Origin: Cirrosporium novae-zelandiae
Taxonomy: Eukaryota
NCBI GenBank assembly: GCA_026023565.1
Contig: JAPETS010000033.1
Coordinates: 62,001-126,000 of the forward strand
Length of the DNA stretch: 64,000 nt
Direction: 5' to 3'
The notes beneath the pieces were generated by a model that ran no database searches, was not told the DNA's origin, and was given only the letters and a program-made list of their open reading frames with translations. The translations under genes and the position numbers were made by a program. Shown here one piece after another: positions 50,720 to 64,000 of this stretch (position 1 is the first letter of the stretch; every line of letters starts with the position of its first letter).

Positions 50720-53230
50720 ATTGAACCCCCCAACGAAATCTCCCCACAAAAATTTTACAGCACAACTAGATCCTATCTATCTATATATATCCCAACACTA
50801 ACACTCATCAACACTCACTGATGACACTAGCACTAGGAAGTCCCCTCAAAATAGCAAACAGACAAACGGACAGATAACCCTACGTCCACATCCTTTAAAG
50901 CATCTTTTACTTTAATTATCTAGATAAAGAAGTGTTGATTGTTGGTTCGCTTTTTAATAACATCCTTTGCGTTATTTGAATATAACTCCCCTCCTCTCTT
51001 CCTCTCTTGTTTACTTACTGCGGAATAGCAAGACACCCAGAGAAGAGAAGGAGGTCCGTAATGCCGTAATGCCGTAATTCCGTAATCCGTAGTCTTCAAT
51101 ATAATAACTCCCCTCCACCTCTCTTTTTTCCTTCTTTTTATATCTTAACACTAACTCTAACACTCACCAAAACCAACACCAATACCAACACCAAATATCC
51201 CCACGTCCTTTTTACTTTACCATAGTTAAGTAATTAAGTAATTAAATAAAAAAATAAAAAAATAAAAAGATATTATTTGTTAGGCTTATATTCTAGTAAC
51301 ATCGAATGCCTTTACCTCAGCTAAATATAAACCCCCTTTCCCCCCCTTCCCTCCTTCTCCCCTTCTCATACACACACACCCCCGCAACCAGCAAATCCAA
51401 AAATCCAACTCTAATAACCACTATCTAATTCATTATATCCATCCATCCATCCATCCATCCGTCCGTCCGTACATAGCGTAACAAACAAAAAAAAAAAGCC
51501 CAAACCTCAAACCCCCTATCTCTCACCCCCCCCCCCCAGATACATATCTCTCTCTTTAAAAAAAAAAGAAAAATCCCTACTTCTCCACTTCTCTTTTTTT
51601 TTGATCTTTGATAACTACTGTAAGTAGGTAGGTAGGGAGGTTGGTAAGTAGATAAGATAGATAGATAAATGGTCTATTTATTTTTTGTATCGAGGTATGG
51701 ATATAATAGATATGGATACCGTATTGTACTGTACATAGCTGTAGCTTCTTACTCTTTTATTTTCTTTCTTTCTACCCCATGAATGCTAATGCTAATGCTA
51801 ATGATATATATATATCCAGAAATTCACTGACCCCCACTCACTCACCTACTCACTAGTCTTGAAGACCTATCTCAATTTCCTTTCTTTTCTTTTTTCTTTC
51901 CTCTTTCTCAAGGTCAATGTCAAGATCTGGGGAAGAGAAGAGAGAGAGAAAGAGGGGGGGAGTGGGGGGGTGTTCTTAGGGTATATACCCCCTTCCTTCC
52001 TCTCTCTCTCTCCCTCTCTCTTAAAGACCTTCCCCGAGTATAGTTGTCTATCCCGCCTTCCTTCCAATTTCCTTATTCTTATTCCTTTATTTCTTATACC
52101 AATCCTACTATATATGTAACCTCCCCCTTTCCCTCCCCCCTCTCTCTCGTTTAATAAATAACAGCCACAATATTTTAAAATATCAATCTAAAATATAGAA
52201 ATCTACGTCGTTGAATTGGAATTGAAGTGAACTTGGCCTCGAGGTAGGAGCGAAGGGAGTTTAGGGAAATTAGGGTTTGGAGGTGGAAGGAGGAGGATTC
52301 GGAGGGGGGGGGGGGAGGAATATTTATTTCAGTTATTTTTTTTAGTTATTTCAATTCCAGTTTCAACTTCGGGAGGACGTGTGAAGGCTTTATCATGTCA
52401 TGTTATGTTATGTTATATTCTCTTAAAAACCTCCCTCTCTCATCCAGCCCATCTTGTCATCTTGTCATCCCATCTCATCTCATAAGTAGTAAATAGATAA
52501 GAGTTTCCTATCCCAATCTCAATCCCAATCTGAATCCCAAGAACCCATGAATAATGTATGAAAAACCCCGGAATTAAAAATCTAGAATAAAAAATCCATA
52601 TTAAGGGAGGTATATTGTTAAATTATTAAATTGGAATACAAGGGAAAGTAAAGTAAAAGGACGGGGGGATTACCTGGTGTTAGTAGGTGTTAATGAGTGT
52701 TGGTGTTGGTGTTGGTGTTGGGATATATATAGGGATATATAGGGATATGGGTCAGGTGGGGGGGGAAAGGGAAGGGAAGGGTGTAAGGGTCATTATGTTA
52801 TATTGAAGACTACAGTTCTGTCATATTTCCGTATCGTCGTAAATAATAAAGTAAGAGAGAGAGAGAAGGGGGGGAAAGGGGAGGGGGGGGTTATGTTTAG
52901 ATGAAGCGAAATATGTTATTATTAAGTTACAAGGTAAGGCAGCAAAAGGATATGGGATTATCCGTCCGCCCGCCCGTTATTTGAGCGGGTTGTTCAGCGT
53001 TGGTGTTAGCGTTGGGATATATGGGGAGGGGAGGGGAGGGGGGGGTTATATTATATTGAGGAGTTGGCTGTTCTGTTCCCTATGTATGTATGTATGGTTA
53101 ATCGATTGCGATCGTGATCGTAAGAGAGAGGTTTATTGGCTGTTGGCTGTTGGCTGTTGGCTGTTGGTTGCTGGTTATGGGGTGTGTGTGAGAGGGGGAA
53201 TCAGGATTTCATTTGTTGTTGGTTGAGATG
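50720..53230. repeat. Large imperfect inverted array of a degenerate ~250-400 bp unit (foldback/MITE-like or satellite remnant)
   Basis: Exact 16-mer gtagtcttcaatataa (51089-51104) is inverted at 52798-52813. cgtcctt(t)ttactttac (51204-51220) is inverted at 52648-52663. The block cacacacccc..aaccagcaa..acatag..cctcaa (51365-51510) is inverted at ~53055-53195. Central palindrome GGGTATATACCC at 51979-51990. Confidence 0.65.
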
Positions 53231-54421
53231 GTGATGCATATATGTGATATGTGATGAGTTTATTGACGAGGGACGGGGGAGGGGCGTGGGGAAGAAGATG
53301 ATGGAAATGGAAATAAATTTGAATCCGAGGCTGACAATGATGATTGTAAGTCCCCTCTCTCTTGATTTGATTCGATTGTGGACAATAGAAGGGAGTTAGT
53401 TGGCTTATATCCAATACTATAAAATACCAAGTTGTAGGTCAAGTTCGATTCTTTCCCAAGAGAGCGCGCGACTATAATGATTGATTAGTCACACTAGTAG
53501 TATCAGTGCAGTGTTCCTCTCTTCTCTTCTCTTCTCTCCTTGTTATATATTTCAAGAATTCCAACATATAGCATATACGCAATATGATTACCCCCCCCCT
53601 CCCCCTCCGAAGTCATCAAAAGAAATCCATGTATGCGCACAACTTGAAAAGAAGAAGAGAATACTGCTAGAAGGCAAGCCATCAAACACTCTTACCTAGG
53701 TAACTAAGCCACAAAAAGAGGACGTGGGGATAGGATATCCGCTACTTGAGTGGATGATTGCCCAGTGTTAGGATGGATGAATGATATATAACCTGACTGC
53801 GCCGTAACATTTATATGTTTCGGGTTCTCAGGAATTCTGGTATGTAGATAGGGGATTGCATCTCTTGAGGTTGACAAAAGAAATGTGTTGCAACTGAAAA
53901 GAAGAGAGAATTACCCATATATATATGTGTGAATAAAATTCATTTACCACACAACACACTACACTATTCTGAAATTCTGACACGAATAAGGAAAAAAGAA
54001 CGCTGGATGGACACAGTGATTTAAACTCTCCTTTAACCCTAACAATAAACAAAAAACACACTTCTAATGAACTCATTTAGAATTTGCCATTTAACATGAA
54101 TAATGCTTGCTTTATGAAAAAGTTTGGTCTTTCTTAATGCCTTTCTTTCTTTCGTCTTCGTCAAAAAAAACTACTTACTCTTTCTTTTGTTTCCACCGCT
54201 TCAAAAGAGTTTTACATATATTAATTTGGATATCATGATTTGAGTGAATTGAAACACACGTGTTTGTTTACGAGGGACACGGCCTGCCAGTCCCCCATTA
54301 GAATTGAGGTATCCCAAGGGGCACTGCAAAAAATGATAACGGGACGCCGCGCCATATCACCGGATTTCAAAGGAAAAAAGTTACACGAAAAGATGGCCAT
54401 GACTTGATGGATTTGGTAAGA

Positions 54422-55159
<738 letters not shown>

Positions 55160-56343
55160 CTTGACTAAAAGGATGTAATCTCTATCCGAAGTCTGATATT
55201 ACCAAGTAAGATTCTTTCGCTGGAGCTGAAGCGTAATGTCGTGAAGTAAAAGGGCGCGGTATGGAGGGGGTTTCGTGAAATCGGGCAGATGTGCAGTTTC
55301 TTTTGAGGGGGATTAGCTTTCAGAGCTAGAAGCTGCTGGTGTGTAGGTAGATGAGGGACAAGGGAGGGAGAGGGCGAATAGGATATTAGAGAGTACAAGA
55401 CGTTAATGACTGCAGGTAAATAATATGTTTTAGTATTTTAGCAATGAGCAGGATGGAAAGAATAATTGGAATGAATAACGGGGTTGGGGAAGTGGTCTGA
55501 ACTCTTAGACTGGTTTGGATCTTTGGGTGAGGCTCTCGTGGCTCTGAAAGGCCAAATTAGGGGTCTTTTGCACTTCACGAATTCAGACTTCAATCTTTCC
55601 GAAACGAGATGAGGATATGCGAAAAGGGGACCAATCAGATCTGTAATTAAATCTTTTGGCAATTTTTAGCGATGACTAGTGATGCCTTAGCGATGCCTTA
55701 ACTATGCCTTAACCCCCCAAGTCAATTCTTAAACTTGCTTAGCTCTTATATAACCGCCTTTTGGGTAACAAACCACCCTTGTTTACCTTCAATTTGACGC
55801 AACTGTTTGTGTCAAATATCTTCATCATTCAAAACATCCTGGTACAATACTTCCTCGTCATAGTAATTTTTTTCTCTTTTTTCTTGTTTCTTTTTTCTTT
55901 TTTTTCTTTGTTTTTTTTCACTCGACTAGTTAGACTCTAGTTCTCATCGGAAAAATACTTTGGATCAAATCTTTCCATAGGACTACGTAGAAGGATTCGA
56001 GCGACTATCAATTCCATATGCCCGTAGTCTAGTTGGTCTATTTAGCATTTTCAATTTCCGAACACTGCCCCTAACAGCCGATAGCGCTTGTAAGCTTCGG
56101 TTATCAGCAGTTCACATGGTAATGATCAGCCACTTGTTCACAATAGTCATCCCACCTCCAGTCCCCATCGTCATGCTTGATGTATAATTACCAAAAAGGC
56201 AATTCGAAACCGTTGGACGGTGACGCAGATCAAAACGGCTTTGCACAAGAAAGCATATTAATATACTGCTGCTAACGCTCTGATCGCTCATCTACATTCC
56301 GCAATTAAGGGATCCTGGGAAGCCAGGAGTCTTCAACGCGACG

Positions 56344-59300
56344 TTATCTACCCTCGCCAATGACATTGTCTATTTCCGATCGACTTTCATCCGTCATAGA
56401 TTCCCTTTTACATCTGTGAGATCGCAATTTACCTAAATCCCAATGCGTCCTCGCCAGTTTCAATAACAGATACGCAACGACCCGATAGACTACCGTGGCA
56501 ATGGCCGTCCCCACCAGATTCAGCCACGGATTCGCGTCAAGGTTGTAGAGATCAAGAACATCTTGACCTGTACTGATTGGACACTGTCCGTTCGATAATC
56601 TCTCTGCCTGCCCGCAGGTAAACGTCTGACCATCCATTGCATATGAGGCCACGTTTGCTATCGAATACTTGACAGGAGAGAGATAGTTGAGAGCTTGAAG
56701 GAATCCAGGGATGTTCAGACTTAAGATACCACCCAAAATGGTAGCAATCGAAAGAAGAACTGACATTATTTGAACCGAAAAGCCGACGTGTGAAAAAAAG
56801 GTGCAGAACATTATCCCCACTGACTCTCCACAGCTGACAATGCAAAAGCAGTTGAAAGCTGAAATGAGCCAGAATACTACCGTTCGCTTTAGGTCAGTGG
56901 CTATGCCAGCAAGCGCACCAAATGCCAAGGCCGTGGGAATCTGGAGCGGAACTTCTAGCGTGGTATATGAAAGAATAAATGCTTCGATCGAGTAGCAACC
57001 GTCTTCTCGTTCCCGATAAAAGAGATCTCGTTCCATTGGATATATCGCTAGATTTTCGAGCATTCCGACAAAGTACAACGATGTAAACTGCTGGACGAGC
57101 CCCATTCGGGCTTGAACCGATACATAATTATGATGCAGTGGAGCAAAGAATATTGCGAGAATAGCACCCATCCCAATTGGTTGCATGATTCTAGCCATCA
57201 AGATCTCCGGTTGCCTACAAATATTCTTTGCAGAACGTCGGAGAACTAAGGGATAGGTAACGCGGAATGGGTTCATTTGCTTCTTGAGGCTGCCAAGCTC
57301 TGCTGGTTGAGCAATTCGAGATGGTAACTTCATCAGGCCATTCTGAGCATTATCCCAATTTTGGATTAGCCGTTGCACTTTTTGTCTACTTGCGGCTTCT
57401 CGAGCTTCATGTTGCAAATCCACTGTAATCAAATCGAGTACAAAATCGGAAGGATTCGTGGTCTGGGGACATTGATAGCCAAGGGATTGGAAGTACGATA
57501 GCATATCTGTGCATTTTCCGGAGTATACTGGAAAACCACCACGAGCTAGAAGAAGAATATTCGAAAAGGAACTGAAAACATCTGACCTGGACTGATGAAT
57601 CGAGAGGATAAGTGTTCTACCTTCTGCAGCCAAACCACTGAGGACATCGATAATCGATGTGGCCGTGAATGCATCCAATCCTGATGTAGGTTCGTCAAGA
57701 AGAAGAACCTTTGGGTCCGTAAGGATCTGAGTAGCAATACTAACCCTTCGTCTCTCTCCTCCACTGATGCCTTTTTTGAACTCACTTCCAATTATGTTAT
57801 CCGCGCAGTCCTTTAAGCCCATTTTCAACAGGATATCTTCCGCCCGGCGACTTTTCTCTTCTTTAGACATCCACGAGGGAAGCCTTAGGCCAGCGGCAAA
57901 ATGCAAGGTCTCCCGAACCGTCAACAAGGGCATGAGCGCATCATCATCCTGCGTGACAAATGATGAAACAGATCTGATGACATCAGATGATGGAACTGCA
58001 CCATTGTAAAGAATGTTCCCAGAGTAAGAATATCCCGTGAAGAGGTTGCTATGCAAGCGATTTGCCATGGAGTTCAGAAGAGACGTTTTACCACTGCCGG
58101 AAGGCCCCATGATTACATTTATTTTCCCCGGAGCGAACGATGCCGTGATTGACTGGAGAATCGGGATTCTGCCTGTCTTGTAACCTAGGAAATTTCGTTT
58201 TTCAATATCAAGTCCATATTTGTCCAGACCAATCTCCACCTCACGAACGGCTTCAGCAGGGCGAGCTATGATTTTCTCTTTTCCTGCAGAAGTATCTTTG
58301 TTGCTCTTCAATGCCTGTGCAACTTCAATTTCGAATTTCCAATACTTTAGGACAATCCCAGCACCAAGGTAAAATGCTATAGCATAGGCAACTAGAATAA
58401 CCATGGGTCTCCATACCCAATTGTCTGGAAGATTGAGACTCTGCATGATGTACCGTCCTGTATACGCTTCACAGGCGGGATCAGATGGGTCATTAGAGTA
58501 TGGGCAATCATAGAAATGGCCCTGTCCGCTCCCACTTGGACCTATAAATTCATTCGCAGCGAGTGCTCCGAAGCTGTAGAAGCAGTAGGCGGTCCATTTT
58601 AGCCACCGAGTGTAAACCGGTATTTGACTCGCAGGAACGAAAAACCCTGAACACATTGACTGCAAGGTAAAGGAGAGATTACCAATCAGGCTCGCTACCG
58701 CAAATTCTCGGGAAACACTGACACAAAGCATGGCTAAACAAACAGCAATATATTGGTTCAAAAGGACAACACTGAAAAATACGAGAAATTGTGAAGAGTC
58801 AATGCGGTATCCGACCATGAAATAGCTGATCAAAGAGTATAACAAAGGAACAGGGAGGTCTTCAAGCAGGAATCTGGAAATGCGCCTGCTAGCGAGAAAA
58901 GCGGAGATGTCGGCCACCCCTTCATTTCTTTCTCGGTCGAACGACTGGATATCAATGGTCAAACGATAGGTCTCAAAGAGAAGAATTAAATAGCTTTGAA
59001 GGGCTGCTGCCGTGTACAATTCTCCCTCGCGAGATTTGATACCAGTCATTGATTCATCAAGGTTAAGGAATATCCAACCAGTCAGTATACCCATGCCAAT
59101 GGCTTCAAAGATAGCACCAAGACAACCCATACGGTCGCGGGAGGTGACTTTGAAGTCCCGAACCGTCAGAACTCGGACCTGGCGATAGAGGGATGTTTTC
59201 TGTTTGTTACCAACATTGAGTCTAGACGATGGTTCTGGCTGAGTGCCCCCTGAATCAATTATTTCCTTGAGTGGGTTTACATCCTGGCTTTCAGATTGGT

Positions 59301-60561
59301 GATCTTTTGGCTCGCTCGCTGGGACATGAGAAGCCTTTTCTATCTCGTTGGGGCTAGCAGGCTGCTGCCTTGGATTTTCAGGATACTTATCGTCTTTGTA
59401 TCTCCAAGCATTTTTCAACTCGTTGACACGAACGTAAGAATCCTTCTCCAGTTCCTCGGACCGGTTGTCGATTGCAGATAGGTCTATAAGGAATTCTGCC
59501 GGGTTCACAAAAGGGGGGATCTCATGACCGCATTGTCGGAAATGCTGCAGTGAGGCATCGGCAGAACCACTGTAAAGGACTGAACCATGAGATAGGAGGA
59601 TAACTCGGTCAAATAAATTCCAGATCTCGGACCGTGGAGCATGGATGGATATTATAACTGTTCTTCCATGGCGAGCAAGTGTCTTTAGGGTTTGAATAAT
59701 TTGGAATGCGCTATATGCGTCAAGTCCTAAGACAGAATAAGCGCTCACTTCTTAGATGGACTTATTCGCACTCATTGGACATGTTTTCTTGGGTCGATGG
59801 AAAAGCCCTATTGCGTACCACGTATGGCCCTGGCCACCAAGACTCAAGAGCAATCCTCATTGTAGTCGGCCCGATTTCAAAGATATAAAACAATTTCAGG
59901 GGGTATTTATCTTACCTGTCGTTGGCTCGTCACAAAATAGCACAGAAGCATTTCCAAGTAACTGTACTCCGATAGATGTCCTCCTTTTTTCGCCTCCACT
60001 ACATCCTTTGTGGACATTATTTCCGATCCTCGTGTTGGCACATTCTTTTAACCCAAGCTCGAGAATGACCTTTTCCACAATATCTTGTCGTTCGGCTTTT
60101 GTTGTTGGTGGGGGGAGTCGTAGATCTGCTGCATATTGCAAGGTCTCTCGGACAGTTAGGGAGGGAATCAGGATATCTTGTTGCATAACATAGGCGCTGC
60201 GGACTGTATTTATATCCTCACTATCATTAAATGTAGTAACGCCGGTAGTTCTGAGGCGTTTGGTCCCAATTCGCTTCGACATAACATTAAGTAATGTCGT
60301 CTTTCCAGAACCTGAGCCTCCAATAATGGCAGTTAGACTTCCTGGTGGCATGTCTGCATCAACATCATCCAGTATCGTCTTTGCTCCGCGAGAAGACCAT
60401 GATTCAGAGTCTCTGGAAGACTCGGTTTTGACGCCATCTTCATTATGCTTTGTGAAACGTTCCAAAAATGTCCACGGGGAGGGCTTTCGATTTATACGAA
60501 CTTGGAGTCCACACACACGTACATGGACAGGTTTAACTCCCCGAAAAGTGCCGTCATCCAT
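56344..60561 (-). CDS. Full-size ABCG transporter (NBD-TMD)2, yeast YOL075C-like; at least 2 exons, start codon uncertain
   Basis: NBD1 'GGSGSGKTT', 'CSGGEKRRTSIG', 'CDEPTT/GLDA' across intron ~59729-59915; NBD2 'GPSGSGKTS', 'ISGGERRRVSIA', 'LLLDEPTSGLDA'; two TMDs. Confidence 0.9.
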
Positions 60562-62400
60562 TTTATGAGCTACCCGATGAGATATCGTTGAAGGCCTTTC
60601 GACAAGCTGACACTCAACTTATAACAACTTCTAGAGAGACGAGAAATTATGGTAGGTAATAATGATCAAGGCATTGTTTCTACATGAGACCACGGAGACC
60701 GAGATTGAATGTATGTCGTACAACGGGACGAAGGGTAGATGCGTCTTGTGCGGAGTAGGTAGCTTGCTCGTATGAGTCTTTATATTGAACGGACAGTAAA
60801 CAAAGTGCGGGGGGGGTTACTATCTTATTTAAAGGGTATCAACTGCGCCATCATGAAACTATCGTTCCTAAAACTTTTTGGACAATTGGATAAAGTATGG
60901 GATAAATAGCAAGATGGTGAGGGTTAGAGAAAAAGGCCAAAGTAGGAGGCCCATTTTTCCCAACGAATTCATTCGGTCATGCTGGGTAGGACAGATCTCT
61001 AAATGATGAAATATCGAGGCTAGAAGTGAACATGCACCTGTCCTTTGTATTAGAAGGATCCAGCCCAAGTCAGCAAATAGAGGGGCATATCTATTTCTAA
61101 GCTCCATACTGCATCACTTAGCTATCCATACTGTGCTGTGAGTAAGGCTAGCTACGGATAATTAATTAGCTACCCACCTACTTTAGTCGCGCTACCCCAA
61201 GCTGATTGCCCTCGGTTGGCAAGCGAGACACAGGCGAAACCATTTGAGGTTAGCCTTATATATTTTGTGTCTTTTGTGTCTTTTGTGCTTTTTGTGCCAT
61301 TGTGCCGTTCAAGTTCCATAAGGGTTATGCAACCTTCCTGACTCAGGATAGTATCTTGATATCTGACATAGCGATTCTCTATATTTTATATATCAAAAGC
61401 CATCACCTCTGGTTTAAACGAATGCGAGTTTCATAAAATAACAACAATACATCATGGCCGTATAGCATTACTCAAACAAAATATCAAGGTCAAGTCCCTC
61501 TAATAATGGAGCAAGGGTATTGCACAAAGCGGTGTAAGGTTGGTTCGTTGGTCAGATGGAGCTTCCATAATCCTAGGTCATTAATACCTAACCTTCCAGA
61601 TGAATGGGTCTGTAACCCATGTTGCATGAAGGCCACCTCAGCAAAAGTCCTATACTTCGCAAGGGCCCTTTAAGAGCTTTCTGGTACAGCTAATCGAGTG
61701 GTGAGTGAGATGATATGATCGTTGCGCTAACCGCTTGTGCAAACATAAGCGCTTCTACAAGCTACAGTAACCGCTCCCTGGTCCGTACTAGCTTCTTGAA
61801 GGCTTAGGTGGTTAGGTGTATCAAGGGCCTAAATACCGGTGACCTAAACAGGTAAATATGAATAGCGAAGCCCGTTAAGATATATAAGAGAAGATTTGTA
61901 GAGTAGGCTATGTTCGAGACACTCAAGGCTAATCGATGGTGGCGAATAGATACAAGGAAAAAGGATAGATATATAATGCGAATGTGTATAATTAGTATAA
62001 GACAAAAATAACCATTTAGGAACATAATGAATCTAGCGAATGGGTTTGATATGCAGATTTCAAGAGTTTTCAAGGTTCCATTGAGAGTTAAATACCTAGG
62101 TAGCCCGCCGAGGAGCCAAAACCCGTTCCTCATTCCTAGGTCTGTTCCGCGGAGACATCAACATCAACACCCCTCACCGTCAAGCCTCGTCCGTTCCACA
62201 ATAAACATTATCCATATCTACCACCTAAATTGTAATATTATTGAGTAATCTAGTACGTAAAAATTTGGTATTCACAGGGCTCGTTTCATGCAGAATGATT
62301 CAATAAATGCAGTGGCCCTCAATCCCGCCAGAACGCCTCTTTCAAATCCCCTTTAACCCCGATCAACCCCGTGTTCCCCTCTTTCTCCTAGAAAAACAAA

Positions 62401-64000
62401 CTAAACAGCTTTCTCCGCGGTCCTCATTTGAACCCTTTGCTCTAGATCCCTCAAGCAAGGCGCCACGAGCGCTGTCCCAACAACCAATCCATGTATTGTT
62501 CTAATACTGACAAGCAACCAAAGCAGCACCACGCAAACTGTCGCAACTATCCCCACAACATCAAACACCTTGCTGGGGAAATCCTTTCCTAGCTGCGTTG
62601 TACATGTGGTAAATACGCCAATGGGGAATACAAAGCCCCACCATCCCATATTGAATGGGAAAGGACGGGAGTGGTAGATGGAGGCGAGGGCGAAGAAGAA
62701 CCACACGAGGGCGAAACCCCAGCACATGAGGCCCAGAAACCAACCTATAATGTAAAGGATGTCGCCTGCAGCGTTGGAGGCGTTGATGGGGAGGTTAGAG
62801 GTTTGGGAGAAAACTTCCTTGGAGACAAGACCGAGTTTCTGGATACTGTGGGCATGATTAGTTGGGTGTACCATTTTGGATGCGAGGAGGGCTTACCCGA
62901 AGCCTCCTTGACCGAGGGGCCCAATGGGGAGGAAGACCGAGACAATTACTTCTCGTGGAGGGATTTTGTGTACGGTAAGTCTGTGGAAATATACCGCAAG
63001 AGTCATCATAGCCAAGGGCATGCCAATTGCCCATAGAATGTATGAAACGACAACAGTCCAGACAGCTTGGGCTGGGTTTGTCTTTGCGAGTGCACCAGCA
63101 ACGATGGCACCGCAGGAGCTAGCGACAATGGGCGCGACAACCGGTAAGAGAAAGGCCCCCGTGACGTGGGATAGATGGTTGATATTGGTGTTGTACATTC
63201 TGTGGACCAGTTAGAGGTAGAAGTGGGTGTGATAAGAATGAAGACTTGCATGATAAAAGGAAGAAATAAGCAGACAGCAATCGAAATTATTGCATCAATC
63301 CACCAAAGTGCCCATGCAAAGGTGATTATCCATTGTCCCCAGTGATCCGCACAAGCGAGTATCATCATGTTAATAATTGTTGCAAAGCCCATTGGGAAGG
63401 TACCCATGAATAGGGCTTGAGTTGGATGCTTTATCATGACAAGCCAAATCTCAGGATACAAAGTATATCTGAGAATGGTGATAATAAGGAAAATGGTGAA
63501 TAGGACAATATTGAGGCACCATATTATAACAGACAGCCAGTAAAGCCAGGCTCCGTTGTAAGGTAACCCATTAAGAAGTATAGATACGATTCCAGTACCC
63601 ATGTTAACTGCGAACCATCTGTGTTTATGAGGTTAGCTCCTCGTTCCGACGAACATGATTTTTGTACATACGAAGGGGTAAAATTTCGAATAATCCACCT
63701 CCAATCATGTTTGTCCTTCGGGAGCTCTTCATAGGATGCTTGTGACTCAGGAGCAGGTGATGGTTGCGCAAGGAACTTGGGGTCACATCCAAAGGCTAGT
63801 TCGACATCGTGTTTTATAGGCGTTGAACCGTTGATCTTTTCACTAATTTGAGCTGGTTGACCTCCATGGAAAATGGTAGAACATTGGAGCTTGATCGTCT
63901 TGAGGTTATTTGTCAAAGTGGGGTATTCTCCATCATCCCCGAAATCTATGTCTTCATTCTCTTCAGCCTTGGGGTCCGGACATGGATTTGTAAATGCTTC
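62401..64000 (-). CDS. TDT/SLAC1-family transporter (Ssu1 sulfite efflux / Mae1 dicarboxylate type); 5' end beyond window
   Basis: 'WRWIIRNFTPS/WFAVNMGTGIVSILL'; 'GTFPMGFATII'; 'LLPVVAPIVASSCG'; 'VSVFLPIGPLGQGGFG'; 'FPFNMGWWGFVFPIG'. Frame stays open to position 64000. Confidence 0.9.

Overview
Eukaryotic genomic DNA from a filamentous ascomycete (Pezizomycotina), judged from short GT-AG introns with CTRAC/CTAAT branch points. About 17 intact genes are present: gel1-type GH72, BZZ1, DBP5, GAF/fRMsr, a dienelactone hydrolase, an SREBP (srbA-like), RRP46, NAD kinase, phosphomannose isomerase, SGF29, an O-methyltransferase, MNN9, a divergent acyl-CoA ligase, an MCT-type MFS transporter, ARF6, a full-size ABCG transporter and an Ssu1/Mae1-family transporter that runs off the right edge. 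Between them lie three dead fungal innate-immunity/heterokaryon-incompatibility genes. The first is an apparent two-NOD NLR (post-NACHT helical domain-ANK-NB-ARC-TPR-acidic tail). The second is an adjacent HET-domain effector. The third is a SesB-like lipase-NB-ARC fusion. The first two carry RIP-type nonsense changes. The main unexplained non-coding feature is a degenerate, strand-asymmetric repeat family that forms a ~2.5 kb inverted array at 50.7-53.2 kb and recurs, also in both orientations, at 5.0-5.9 kb where the HET gene breaks off. Splicing oddities read from the sequence include a 5-nt micro-exon, an ATG-only first exon and a GC-AG intron. No tRNA, rRNA, CRISPR array or intact transposon was found. 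All assignments come from motif recognition by eye; no searches were run.
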